A stretch of DNA of 64,000 nt from positions 104,842,001 through 104,906,000 of the forward strand of contig OZ024744.1 of assembly GCA_964016885.1 (NCBI GenBank), read 5' to 3'. A program made the translations under genes and the position numbers. The notes beneath the pieces were generated by a model, which saw only the letters and a program-made list of their open reading frames with translations, did not search any database and had not been told where the DNA came from. This DNA comes from Eledone cirrhosa (taxonomy: Eukaryota). Numbering within the stretch: position 1 is the first letter of the stretch; every line of letters begins with the position of its first letter. Below are positions 36,737 to 49,467 of this stretch, piece by piece.

Positions 36737-36782
36737 TGTATGTATGTATGTATGTATGTATGTATATATGTATGTATGTATG
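35346..36782. repeat. Long (TATG)n array containing a 5'-truncated Dong-like insertion (35518-35802, minus)
   Basis: Read directly; the insert matches 32020-32300. Confidence 0.92.
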
Positions 36783-38180
36783 AGAACCAGTGAACTATGA
36801 AGCGCTTGAATATAGATTGTATGAAAGATGGGGGGGGGGGGGTCAAGGAAGAGCTGCGTTGCAGGCTTGAAAGCATTGATTGTGCGAACAACTGAAATAA
36901 CTTCAGGAATTTGGTCTGTGATGTTTCAACAGTGGCCCTTGGCTTTGTCACAAGAAAACATAAGGATGGTTTGATGAGAATGACCGGGAGGTCAAGACTC
37001 TGCTGGACAAAAAAACAAAAGAAGGCACTCTATGCAGTTCTTAAAGGTGGTAACTCTGTTGGTGACAATTATGAATGTTACAGACAGGTAAAAAGGAGGT
37101 GCAGGTGAAACTCGGGGCCATGCAAATACCTGGTGGAGCAACAAAGCAGATGAGGTTCAAGCAGCATCTGATGGCAACAATGTGAAACTGCTGCACTCTC
37201 TACTCAGGGAAGTGTATGGCCCTTTCAGCTCACTAGTGGCACCTTTGAGATCGAAATATGGCAAGCAGTTACTGCACAATCCAAAAGATGTACTCGACAG
37301 ATAGCGAGATCACCTTGATGAGCTCTTGACTGAAACATTCCACCAGGGGTTTTGACTGAAACATTCCACCAGTACTCTTTCATACTATATATATGTATGT
37401 ATGTATGTGAGGAAGGGCATTGCTTTTGAATTTCCAGACAGTGAAGGTCCTCTTATGGCGCTGACATGCAGCATCTGTGCGAGACTCTGCCTCAGCAAAG
37501 CTGGACTCAAAAGTCATCTTCGCAGTCATAAAGTGAGACCAGTCGTTGACTACCAGACTGCTGTTGGAAATGCTACTCATCATACCTGCCAAGCATGTGG
37601 AAGAGAGTGTGCTTTGAAGGTTTTTTTAAGTGGGGAAAGGCCTTGCACTCGACCAATCCCACTCTCTGAACATCGAAAACCCTACCCAAAAAGGAGAACT
37701 AGTCAACATCATCAGATGCTTCCGAAGCCACAGGTTTTTTTTCAGAGTTTCCCTTTCTTAGAAAGGTGTTGTGATAACATACATACATACATGATGGCTG
37801 CCCCCTCGTTATCAAGTATGGCCATTGCACGAAAATGGGGTTCTTCCGAAGGGTCTTTGGAGTAACATGACTCGATAAAGTGCATAGCTCATAGACCAGA
37901 GAGTCACTCCAGGTAGAGCTGTTACTTCTCTGAATTGAGAGATCACAGCTCCAATACTATGGACATGTGGTTAGAATATCCCAGGAAAGAATCGCTGGAC
38001 AGATTTTAAGGCTAATACCAACTGGCAAGATGGTTGGATAACATCCATGAGCTTGGTAGGTCTCGCTTGGAGATCCAGCTGGATCAGTTGGAGACAGTTG
38101 CTTCTGATAGGACCTGTTGGTAGGAGTGTTTGGGGACTCTGCCTCCATGGTGCTCTCAGGAGTAAGTGGACGAAGAAGTG
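36783..38180 (+). mobile_element. Cluster of RTE fragments
   Basis: RKHKD, LLREVYGP; zinc-finger fragment 37406-37610; QYYGHVVR at ~37950. Confidence 0.75.
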
Positions 38181-38614
38181 TGTCTATGTATGTGGGAAAA
38201 AGCGTTAATTACAACATTTTAGGTGGTATCCTTTTTGGGAAAAAGAAAAAAGAATTGTTTTTTGTGAATCTGAGTGACAAAAGTCTCAAAAGTCTCAAAG
38301 GATCAAGCATGACTTTTCAAACAATTTCACTTTTGGAAACCTTAATCAGCATGTTTTGCAATCCCCTCACAGATTGTAACACATCATCATTTGCGCCCTT
38401 GTAACCCTTGTTCTTCGTGTAAACAGTATTATCAACAGCAAAATATATTTAAAGCCATTTGGATTTATGAAGTCTTTACAAAGATATATTCCTTGAAAGG
38501 AGTGAATATGAGCCAATTCAGATTTGAAAGATTATTCATAATATAGATCAGGTGGAAATTTATTAGTATGAGTCGCATTATTAGAAGGTGGATTGGCAGA
38601 ATCGGTAGAACTGT

Positions 38615-41600
38615 CTATTGGCACCATGAGGAGATGGGTCGTGTGAAGATAGACGCTTGTGGACGTACCTCATGTGGACGGTGGAATGAGTGACAGAAAG
38701 ACGCAAGGTAAGTCCAAATGCCTCCGGCTACAAGCTATTTTGGTATTTAAAGAATGTTCCCATCTTTCGGCATTCTTACTCCCGACAGCGTTTTAGTTTA
38801 CCTATTTTTTTTTTTTTTTTTTTTTTTTTTACGTGGGGTATTGTTGACTTTTCTGATCTCGCAGGGGAGATGCCTACAAAATTGAAAGTGAGTAGTGAGG
38901 CCATCAAGGTTTTTAACGGCGAGGGAGATGTTGTTGCCTGGTTGAGAAAAGTTACATTGGTTGCCTCGCTGCAAGGCATTGACAACATAGGTGGCTTGAT
39001 CGCTCTGTATCTTGATAGAGATGCACTGGCACTGGACCTCAAGATGGACGAGAGAGATCAACTGAATGCAGAGAAGATAGGGCAGCGACATAAGGAAGCG
39101 TTCACTGAGGGGCTGTATGGTGCTTTTGCCAAGCTAGGCAGAGCGAGATAGAAGGGAGAACACGTGGATGTGTTCGCAACGGAGTTACGGCAGTTGGCTA
39201 CGTTGGCCGGATTTGCGGTAGAACGCGAATGTGTTGTGTGGGCAGCGTTTATGAATGGGTTCCCCGACGAAATCTCATTGAGGCTCCAACAGCTGGCTGG
39301 CAACAGAGAGATGAGTATGAGCGAGCTAATCACGCACGCCCACGTAATAACACAGGACACGAAGTGGAATGTTGCAGCGCTGGCAGACGACAGCAACCGA
39401 TGTACGACGAAAGGAGACCAGCTGCTGTGAATAGTCATCCGCGTGCGTGCTTCAGGTGTCAGGGCCCTCACATGGTAAGGGACTGCAGAGAGCTGAAGCC
39501 AGCTATAGTCTGCTATTGCTGAAAATGACTAGGCCACATTGCCAATAATTGCGACCAGGGAAATGGTCCATGGGGTCTACAGCACCAGTAACCACTCCTG
39601 GAAGCGATTAGAGGTGCCTTTGCAGTCGTTGCCCGTAGTGGAAGTTCTGGTGGGGAGGAAGTCATCGCGAGCACCCATGGACACGGGTTACACGACAACA
39701 CTAGTGACCACGGAAGTGGTTAAAAAGTAGAGCGGGATGAGCAGTATAAGGGCAGTCGACGGCAAGGAGATTAGATGCAGAGGTAGCAGCGAGGTGTCGA
39801 TGGTGGTACAGGGAAGAAAAATTAGGCTTCGAGTGATCGTGATTGACCATGTGGTGGATGGAATCGATGTAGTAATGGGCATGGAAGTGATTGACTGCTT
39901 AGGAGGTGCTACAGTGAGTGAAGTCGGGGTGACATTTGGTAGCGACAGGACATCATGTGCTGTAAGCGTACTGGGAAAATCCACAAAGAAAATACCATAC
40001 AGGACAAGGATTTCAAGGATTTCAGGGCGGTGTTCAATGGGCAGCGGTGGGTAGTTGAGTGGTACTGGAAGGGAGATCCACCAACGCTGATGAATAGAGT
40101 GGGCTGCTATCAGCATACCTTGAAAGGAGATGCCAGAAGCGAGTTTGAGGGAGCGGTACAGAGATGGATCGAGGAGGGTATACTGCTTCCCTGAAAGGAG
40201 GAGGTAAAGTGTGAAGTGTTGCCACTAATGGCAGTGGTGCAGCTCACGAAGAATAAGGTTAGGTCGGTGCTGGACTTTCGTGGGCTGAACGAACACGTGT
40301 CATGCCACACAGGCGGTGACGTCATGGATGTTTGTGGGGAAACCTTGTGAGAATGAAGATGAATGAGGGGGGGGGGGGGGCTCCACGATTGTCGACTTAA
40401 AGTTGGCATATCTGCAGTTACACATGGATGAGAAGCTGTAGAAATATCAGCTGGTCAGGTTTAAGGGCCAGACATACTGCCTGACCAGGATTGGCTTCGG
40501 GTTGAACTCTGTGCCAAAAATCATGGCGACGATCCTCAAGGCCATTCTGGGGAAAAGCAGACAAGGTCAGGAGGGCCACCAACTCCTACATCGACGACAT
40601 CTTGGTGGACGAGATAGTGGTGTCAGCAGCAGAGGTCTCAGGCTACTTGGGAAGGTTCGGACTGACTGTGAAACCACCGGAGGCGATGGAAGGAGGAGCC
40701 GCACTAGGACTGATAAGACAGGCACACTGGGGTTTCGGAGGGGTAACAAAGTCCCGGTACTGGGCCCTGATATGAATAGACGAGAACTTTTCTCAATGTG
40801 TGGTAAATTGATGGGACACTATTCGATCGCAGGGTGGCTCCGGATGGCATGCAGCTATATCAAGAGACGAGCAGAGGGGGGGTGAGCTGGGGTGACAGGG
40901 TTGGAGAGAGGACAGTGGCCATGATGCAGGAGATCATGGAGAGGGTAAAGGCAGATGACCCAGTGAGAGGAGGCTGGTACGTCCCCAAATCGGAGAGCGG
41001 GACCATATGATGCCAGCAGCATAGCACTAGGGGTCACTCTGGAGATAGGGGCCGTCAAGGTCGAGGACGCAGCCTGGCTCAGGAAGAAGACGGACTGCAA
41101 CCACATCAACGTGGCCAAACTGGATGCTGTGCTGAGAGGAGTGAATCTCGCCCTGAGATGGGGGTTGCGCACTATAGAAATGCATACTGACTCAACCACT
41201 GTACTTGGATGGGTGAGATCAGTGCTTACCAGTGAGAGGAGGGTGCGAAAGAGAGGGGCAGCATAAATCTTGATAAAGCGCCGCCTGTGAACTATGGGAG
41301 AGCTGTCCACCAAGTTCAGCCTGGAGTTGTGTGTGGGTTTTTGTACCCCCAGAGAAAAACAGGGCAGACATATTAACCAGGGTGAAGAAAGCCTGGCTGG
41401 AAATACCAGAGGACGCAGAGAAGGGGATAGCGGCAGTGTGATTTGGAGTTGAGGGGACTGCATGCCATTCACCACATGGGGGTGGGTAGGAATCTGTTCC
41501 TAGCCAGAAGAATTGACTCTGATGTTAGCAGACAGAGTGTCCAGAGAGTGGTCGGAGGTTGCGACAGATGCCAGTCTATTGACCCTGCCCCGGATGTGCA

Positions 41601-42572
41601 CGAGACAGGCAGCATCCCGGTAGAACACAACTTGAAGTGATTAGCGGTGGACGTGACACATTACCGACAAGGAACGTATCTCTCGATGGTCGATTGTGGC
41701 CCGAGACGGATGGAGATATGGAGGGAAATGAAGACAGAGATTACGGAGGAATTCGCGCGGACACTGAGAGAGATATTATTGGAGCAGGGCCCTGTAGATG
41801 AACTGCTGATGGACAAGAGCACGGCATTTCGCTCAGAGGTGCTGTGGGAAATGCTTGACAAGTGGAAGGTGAACCACTTCTTCAGAGCGGCATACAGGCC
41901 AAGCGGAAATGGAATCGTGGAGAGACACCATCACACGATCAAGGCCATGGCGGAAAGGGGGCACATTTCGCCAATGGAGGCAGTGTTCTGGTACAACATG
42001 TCTCCTCGGGTTGGACAGGCCGGGGAGTCGGTGCCGCACAGGGCAATATATAGATACGAATGGCGACACCCGTGCACGGTACCACAGCAGCCGGTGGAGA
42101 GAGAGAGAGCGCATTCGTACGAGTGGGCAAAGAGGTATGGGTCAAGCCCCCCGAACGCGCGTTGCACATCTGGGGAAAGGGAATGGTAACCGCCGTAAAT
42201 TCCCAAAACAACGTGTCTGTGGATGGAATGCCACGTCACGTCTCGGACATTCCATAGAGTCGTTGTTGTGATGTGATGGGGGGGGGGGATCCTTGAGATC
42301 GGAGAGGGAAGGGGGGGGGCTGCCGTGAGATAGATAGAGGGGTGTGTAGAGCTGCCGTGGGAGGGGGATTGCCAGCAGTTGGGGGACACCTGTCCGGAAG
42401 CAGGAGGACGGAGGGTGACACGAGGAACCAAGCGGTGGGCAGCGGTCACTTGGCTGTTGGCACCGTGAGGAGACAGGTCGTGTGAAGACAGACGCTGTTT
42501 GGAAGTATCCCACGTGGACGGTGGAACGAGTGATAGAAAGACGCAAGGTAAGTCCCAATGCCTCCGGCTACA
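38615..42572 (+). mobile_element. Divergent Gypsy-like LTR retrotransposon, near full length but decayed (partial 5' LTR 38615-38732; 3' LTR 42345-42572)
   Basis: Matching LTR sequences, TGTAG..CTACA ends, PPT; gag FNGEGDVVAW with CCHC, DTG protease, YIDD RT, RH, HHCC and DDE integrase. Confidence 0.92.
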
Positions 42573-42639
42573 AGAAGGATGAACGAAGAGTTATTTCATT
42601 TTATCAAGCTCAATTGTATGAGCCCGAGATAACCTCGAG

Positions 42640-42835
42640 GGCGGTGCATTGGCAGTATCGGTAGAGGGTCGGACGCTATGCTATGCTTTGCAGCAAAGAA
42701 TTACGGCCCTTTATGGTCTGAGTTCAAATCCCGCCGAGGTTAACTTTGCCTTTCATCCTTACGGGGTCGATAAAATAAAGTACCAGTAATACACTGGGAT
42801 AATTGCTGGCCTTGTGCCAAAAGTAGAAACAATTA
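42640..42835 (+). mobile_element. Deu/Nin SINE, full length
   Basis: Same consensus as 6775 and 12041. Confidence 0.9.
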
Positions 42836-43019
42836 CTATAAACAGCAAACATCCAATCCAACATTTTGAGTTATAAAGATGGCAGACCTATATTTTCTTT
42901 GGAGTATCGTAAAGTAAAACCATTCGGAATTTTTTTATTATTAATTGATTGGGCAGAAATTTGTCAGCCCGAGTCATGACGTTGAGTTATAACAAGTATT
43001 ACAAATCAAGAATGAATAA

Positions 43020-43305
43020 AATGATAATAATAATAATAATAATAATGAAATTATTGTGTACAGTGCTCATGTGCACTACAACTCATCAAAGGTGCATGTA
43101 TAGTACATAGAATAATGTACAAATGTCAGGAAAATGAACAGTGTATGAGTCATGATATAATAATAATAATAACAATAATAATGAAATATTGTGTACAGTG
43201 CCCAGGTGCACCACAGCTCATCAAAAAGTGCATGTACAGTACATAGGGCAATGCACAAACAAATGAACAGTGCACGAGTCATGATACACACATGTGTGCA
43301 TGGGG
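43020..43305 (-). mobile_element. Two tandem CR1 3' tails ending in (ATT)n
   Basis: Reverse complement of 6650-6775, present twice. Confidence 0.85.
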
Positions 43306-45881
43306 GCAGGGCTCTGGGTTTCCACCTCTTCTTGGGTTTCCTCTTCCTCGGAGTCCGTCGACACAGTGATTCTTCTTACATCCAGGACATGACGTGGTAC
43401 CCCGTCCACGGACACATTGTTCCTTGAATTTACGGCCGTCACCGTTCCCCTTCCCCATTGAGATGTGAACCGTGCATCTGGGGGCTTAACCCAGACTTCT
43501 TCGCCCACCTGCACGAATGCACTCTCTCTCCCCACTGGCCGTTGTGGTGGCGTGCACGGGTGCCGCCACTCGTATTTGAATACTGCTCTGTGTGGCACCG
43601 ATTCCTCGACCTGTCCAACCCGAGGGGACATATTGTACCAGAACACTGCCTCCATTGGTGAGATATGGCCCCGCTCCGCCATTGCCTTGATCGTCCGGTG
43701 GTGTCGCTCCACGATTCCATTCCCGCTCGGCCTGTGCGCCGCTCTGAAGAAACGGTCCACCTTCCATCCATCGAGCATCTCCCTCAGTGCCTCCGAGCGG
43801 ACCGCTGCGCTGTTGTACATCAGCAGTTCATCCACAGGGCCCCGCTCCAAGAACACCTCTCTCAACATCCGCACGATTTCCTCGGCCGTTCCAGTCTTCA
43901 TCTCCCTCCATATCGCCATTCGACCTGGTCCACAGTCGACCATCGAGAGGTACGTTCCCTGCCGGTAGTGCGTCACATCCACCGCTAATCGCTTCCAGTC
44001 GCGATCCACCGGGAGGCTTCCCGTTTCGTGTACACCCGGGGCGGGATCAATGGACTGACATCGGACGCAGCCTCTAACCACCCCCCGAACACTGTGTCTG
44101 CTAACGTCCGAGTCAATTCTCCTGGCTAGGAACAGGTTCCTATCCACCCCCATGTGGTGCATGTCATGCAACCCCTTCAGGTCTAACTCGGTCAGCCGAC
44201 ACACGGCAGCTATCTCATCCTCTACCTCCTCCGGCGCTTCCATCCAGGCTTTCTTCACTCTAGTTAAGATGACCGCCCTATTTTTCTCTGAGGGCACGAA
44301 CACTACGCTCAGCTTCAGGTCGAACTCGGTGGCCAGCTCTCCTAACGTTCCCAGGCGGCGCTTTATCAGCATCTCCGCCGCGCCTCTCGTTCGCACTCTC
44401 TTCTCACTGGTGAGCACTGATCTTACCCATCCGAGTACGGTAGCCGAGTCGGTGCGTATCTCGATGGTGCGCAGCCCCCACCGCAGGGCGAGGTTCACCC
44501 CTCTCAACACCGCGTCCAGCTCGGCCACATTGATGTGGCTGCAGTCGTCCTTCTTTCTAAGCCAGGCTGCATCCTCGACCTCAACACCTCCTATCTCCAA
44601 TGTGACACCCAGCGCTATGCTGCTGGCATCGCACCATACGGTCCCGCTCCGTGATTTGGGAACGTACCAGCGTCCCCGCACTGGGTCGTCAGCGTTCACC
44701 CTCCCCACGATCTCCTGCATCATGGCCACCGTTCTCTCTCCCACTCTGTCACTCCAAGTCACCCCTCCCGCTCGTCTCTTGACATAGCTGCATGCCGTCC
44801 GGAGCCACCCAGCGATCGGGTAGTGACCCACCAGCTTTCCACACACCGAGAAAAGCTCCCGCCTATTCATACTTGGGCCCAGTTCCGGAACTTCGTTTCC
44901 CCTCTGGAACACCAAAACGCCCGTCTTATCTCGCCGTAGCCTAAGTCCCAGCGCGGCTCCTCCCTCCAATGCTTCTGATGGCTTCGCAGTCAGTCCATAC
45001 CTCCGCAAATGGCTCGTGACCTCCGCCGTCGACACCACCGACTCGTCCACTAGGATGTCGTCAATGTAGGAGTTAGTAGCCCTCTTTATCTTGTCGGCCC
45101 TTCCCAGAGCGGTCTTGAGGACCGCCGCCATGATCTTCGGTGCGGAGCTCAGCCCGAAACCGAGCCTGGTCAGGCAATATGTTCGGCCCTTATACCTGAC
45201 CAGCTGATACCGCCAGAGCTTCTCATCTATATGCAACTGCAAGTAAGCCGACTTTAGATCCACGATCGCTGAACCCCCCCGTCATGCGTCTCCACTCACG
45301 CAGGGTTTCCCCGCAGACATCCGTGACCTCGCCACCCGTGTGGCATGACACGTGCTCGTTCAGCTCAAGGAAGAGTACCAACGCGTCGCCCTCGAGGTAC
45401 AATGCAATGAGACCGGCCACGTCTTCTATCTTCTGCAAGCCCGCGACCAGCCGAATCTTCCGCAGCCAAGCGACAACATCACCTTCCCCGGTGAATGGCC
45501 TGATAGCTTCGTTCATCCGTAGTCTTGTCGCCATCTTCTGATTTGTTTTGCGACAAGTGTTTTCTTTTTTTTTTTTTTTTTTTTATTCAGTCGCCGAAAT
45601 AGCTTGTGGTTAGAAAAAGCTATCTCACTTACCGCTTTTCACAGGCGCCGCTAAATTCCACTGCAGGTACTCCTCTTCCACGTGCGTCCGACTGCTTAAC
45701 ACCGGGAGCTGCCCAAAACGCGTCCTCACCGTATGCTGGTCACCACTAGAGAGAGGCCCTCTCCTGGCCCTTCCGGTCGAGCATCCTTCCGGTCAAAGAC
45801 CCCTTCCGGTCGAGCACTCAAAAACCCCTTCCGGTCGAGCACTCCCCCCCCCCGGCCACCGCACGCCACACCATACCCACA
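43306..45881 (-). mobile_element. Second divergent Gypsy-like element: 5' LTR 45881-45605, gag start fused to RT by deletion, open RT-RH-IN frame, no 3' LTR
   Basis: TGTGG..CCACA LTR; FTGEGDVVAW; DLKSAYLQL, YIDD, WCDAS, HHMG..CVRC, GNGIVER. Confidence 0.92.
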
Positions 45882-48600
45882 AATTCCATAGTTGTTATGG
45901 AATTTGATGTTAGAGATGGTGGAGACGGTACATTCTGGTTTTCAACAGTAAAAATACTTGCATAGCACTCAGCAATGAATTCTGCGCATTCTTTGGGATC
46001 GTCAGTGATCTGGCTTGTGTGGGTATTGCGAAGAGGACCAACTGGAGAGTGAGGTCTCTGCTTTGAATGAACATATTTCCAGAACACCTTACTGTCAGGA
46101 TTGGTTGCGATGCACTGTTCAAATTCAAGCACTGCCTTCTTTGTCACTTGCTTGAGATGGTTAGAAGATTTATTCCGCTTTTTTCTGTTGGCATCTGATA
46201 TATGCAGTTTATATTCCCGTTCAGCGTTCCGACGTTCTTTCCTGGCAAGTCGGACCGCTGAAGTTTCCCAAATTGCACTTTTGAGGTGGTTATTTTTTCC
46301 GCTTACGTGGCACCGATGCTGCACACGCTATCCATATTGAGTCCAGGATGCTCTGGAGTATAGTGTTCACATCTCCAGAGTTATACATCTCATGCCAGTT
46401 TGGGCGCTGTAGCTCAGTGCAGTACAAGTTCCAATCCGCCCTCTTCCAATCAAAGCAAGCAGATTGGAGATGGCTCTGGTTTTTGTTGCTGCCCTCAAGT
46501 GCCAGATTGGCAATGATCATAGCATGATCAGAGTCGCCTAGAGGTTCCTCAGTAGTACAACTGATAACCACTTCAAGAGTAGTGGTGAAGATCAGGTCCA
46601 AAGTGTTGTCACCTCTTGTTGGAGAGGTGACTACTTGTGACCAGTTTGAGTCCAGCACTAGTTCAAGGAAATCGTTTGCACCTTGTGGCCAACGAAAGGT
46701 TTCCCAATCGATCTCAGGATGATTGAAGTCACCTGCAATAAACACATAAGTGGCTGTTTTCTTGGCAGCAACTCTGAGGATATCGCAAAGCTGTGTGTCT
46801 TGATGGTAGTTTGGGGGGCGATAAACAACACCAAGCAGAAGTGTTGACATGGTCATACGTATGTCACAGAAAAAAACTTCTTCCTGTGATTCGTTCAAAT
46901 CAACGCAAGGAATTACCGAAAAGTTTGAACGAACGTAGACCATCACACCACCACCACGGCGATTAATGCGGTCCTTGCGGAAAAGGTTGTACCCAGTAAT
47001 GCTGAAAACCCCATCACAGAGTAAGGAATGTGCCCATGTTTCTGTGACTGTGATGAAGTCAGGGTCGATGCTTCTGACGTAGGATTCAAACAGATGTATC
47101 TTGTTGCATAAACTGCGAGCATTTAAGGACAACAATTTGTACCCTGCTCGCAGTATATGATGGTGTGTAGAGGGTGGCAGGTTGTTCTGGTTTAGTTTCC
47201 CAGAGTTGAAGCAGTTTTTTCATTGCCAGTTATTGTGGGTAGATCACACTCAGACCAGCTGGTATCTCTCCTCCACGTTTCACCAGCCTTGACAAACCTC
47301 CAGATCTGCCCATCATCACGCAGACTAAAACTTTCATGTTGTGCTGAGTTCCGATTCAAGGAAGCTGCAGCACGGAGCTTTGGACGTACATGGGGTGGTA
47401 GGCCTGGGCGTGTTCGGAAGGTAATCCGATTTTCACGCCCAGCTTTAACAGAAGCCAGATGGTATGAGGTTGCCTCAGCGGGGTCCGAAAAAGACAGCCT
47501 GGTGAGTCTGGGTTTTGGACCAGGTCGACCAAGGCAGAGAGCACCTTTTGGGGGAACAGAGCCTAGATCTTTGGCTGAGCTGGCAGCAAATGCCTGAAGA
47601 TCAGCCTTGTCCTCTGGTACCCCAATGGCAATCACTTCATGGGTAGCAGATTCCGCAGCCTTTTCAGTGTGGCCAGATACGGCAAGAGGTACAGGGAGAT
47701 TCTTTAGCAAGGCATTCCGATAAGACCCCTCATTGTGGGGTCCTACCCGAATGCTTGCCTTTATTCCTGTTACTTCCCTTCTTAAAGCAGAAATCATTAG
47801 TTGCAATTCTGCAAAATCTGTACTGGTCGGTTGTTGTTGTTGTTGTTGCTGCTGTTGCTGTTGTTGTTGGTGATGATGATGTTCCTCCACGGGAATGGTA
47901 GGGGAAGACACAGTCGCAGGTTGTTGCTGCTGTTGCTGTTGTTGTTGTAGTTGTTGGTGATGATGATGTTCCTCCACAGGAATGGTAGGGGAAGACACAG
48001 TCACCAGTTGTTGGTGTTGAGATGTACTAGGAGCGTAAGACATGGGTTGTTGTTGTTTTTGATGTTCTTCCACAGGAATAGCAGTAGAAGCCAGTGTCAT
48101 AGGTTTTTGCCGTTGTTCAGTAACAATGGTAGAGGAAGATACAGTCATTGGTTTTTGTTGTTGGTGTTGTTGTTTTTCAATAACATTAGTGGAGGCAGGC
48201 ACACAGGCCAGGCACTGAAACACCAGGATTTTAGCTTGATCATCTCCCAGATTCCATCCATCATAGCATTATGATGTCTCTTTTTTTGGCCTGGGATCCT
48301 CCGGAAGCCTGTGGCGCATTGAAGGCAGACAGAGATGCGACAGGTTCCACATTCGACCCAGCGATTACGGAACGAGTTTTCGGGTTCCGCACAGATATGG
48401 CAGATGTGGTTTTCTAGGCAATGTTCTATTTTGGAACATCGACCAGTTTTGTCGCATACTTCATCGATGGATATCACCATGGCAATTTTGTTATTTCTAC
48501 CCATCCGTAGAAAAGCACAGAATGTAAACAATATAGGTCTGAGACATTTCTTGTGGGTTTGAAATAGACATGACATTTACAGCACTCGAGCTCATCCCGA
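45882..48600 (-). mobile_element. CR1-type LINE 5' half: ORF1 (PHD-like finger, Q-rich; 48576-47192, frameshifted) and ORF2 AP endonuclease (47135-45882)
   Basis: CHIC..WVECGTC..CLQC; LNARSL, VTETW, RGGGV, VYRPP, AGDFN, LDLIF, SDH; FWKYV. Confidence 0.9.
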
Positions 48601-48796
48601 GTAGTATTAATGTTGAAGTCACCACTGATAAATGTGCGCGCGTGTTTTTATTTACTTGAACGTATGTGCGCGCGTGTTTTTATTTACTTGAACGTATTGT
48701 ATATAGTAAACTAGTGTTGATAGAAAAATCTATAAAATAAATTCTATTAAAATCGAGACACGTATTGATTATAAATATACACAAACAATTGTATAT

Positions 48797-48891
48797 AATT
48801 GTTTCTACTTTAGGCACAAGGCCAGCAATTACCCAGTGCGTGACTGGTACTTTATTTTATCGACCCCGTAAGGATGAAAGGCAAAGTCAAC
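48797..48891 (-). mobile_element. 5'-truncated Deu/Nin SINE
   Basis: SINE 3' half; TSD gtatataat. Confidence 0.85.
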
Positions 48892-49467
48892 GTATATAAT
48901 GGGTACATTTATTGAACGACACTTTCGCTGATTTTAGTGGAAAATAATTGTATGGTGCAAAGGACTAACCCCCCCCCCCCCCCGGGAAATATGTTACGGA
49001 GAAGCTGGGGACCCTCGGACATTTAATCTCCCCACCCATCGATTTTTCTTTCCCATTTCATTTTTTTTTGTTTTTTTTTTTCGAACCTCACCCTCCCAGA
49101 GTTTTCTTTACCCCCTAACTCCAACCCAAATCCAAACTTCAACTCTAATCCCCGGGGATTCCTCATACTTCCCCTCCCGTTTCCAGGAAAAGTCATTAAG
49201 ACCAAATTAGGGGGTAACTTTAATTGATAGCACACACACAAAAAAAAGAAAAAGATACTTTATAAAGAATAGGATAAGATAAAAAAAAAACAAAACAAAG
49301 CATATCATGTTTTACACACTCACACACACATATATATGTAGTGAATATACATATATACAAACATTCAATCACATACATATATAAACACTCACACACACAT
49401 ATATATATATATGTTTGTGTGTGTGTATATATATATATACAAACATACATAAACATACATATATATA

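Noticed and set aside
35230-36951. YIHT/MYVC-type ORFs here and at 14568-15185 and 60546-62819
   Set aside because: Microsatellite translations.
48960-49230. Telomere-like or Helentron-like cctaac repeats
   Set aside because: Too degenerate to assign and no termini were found.
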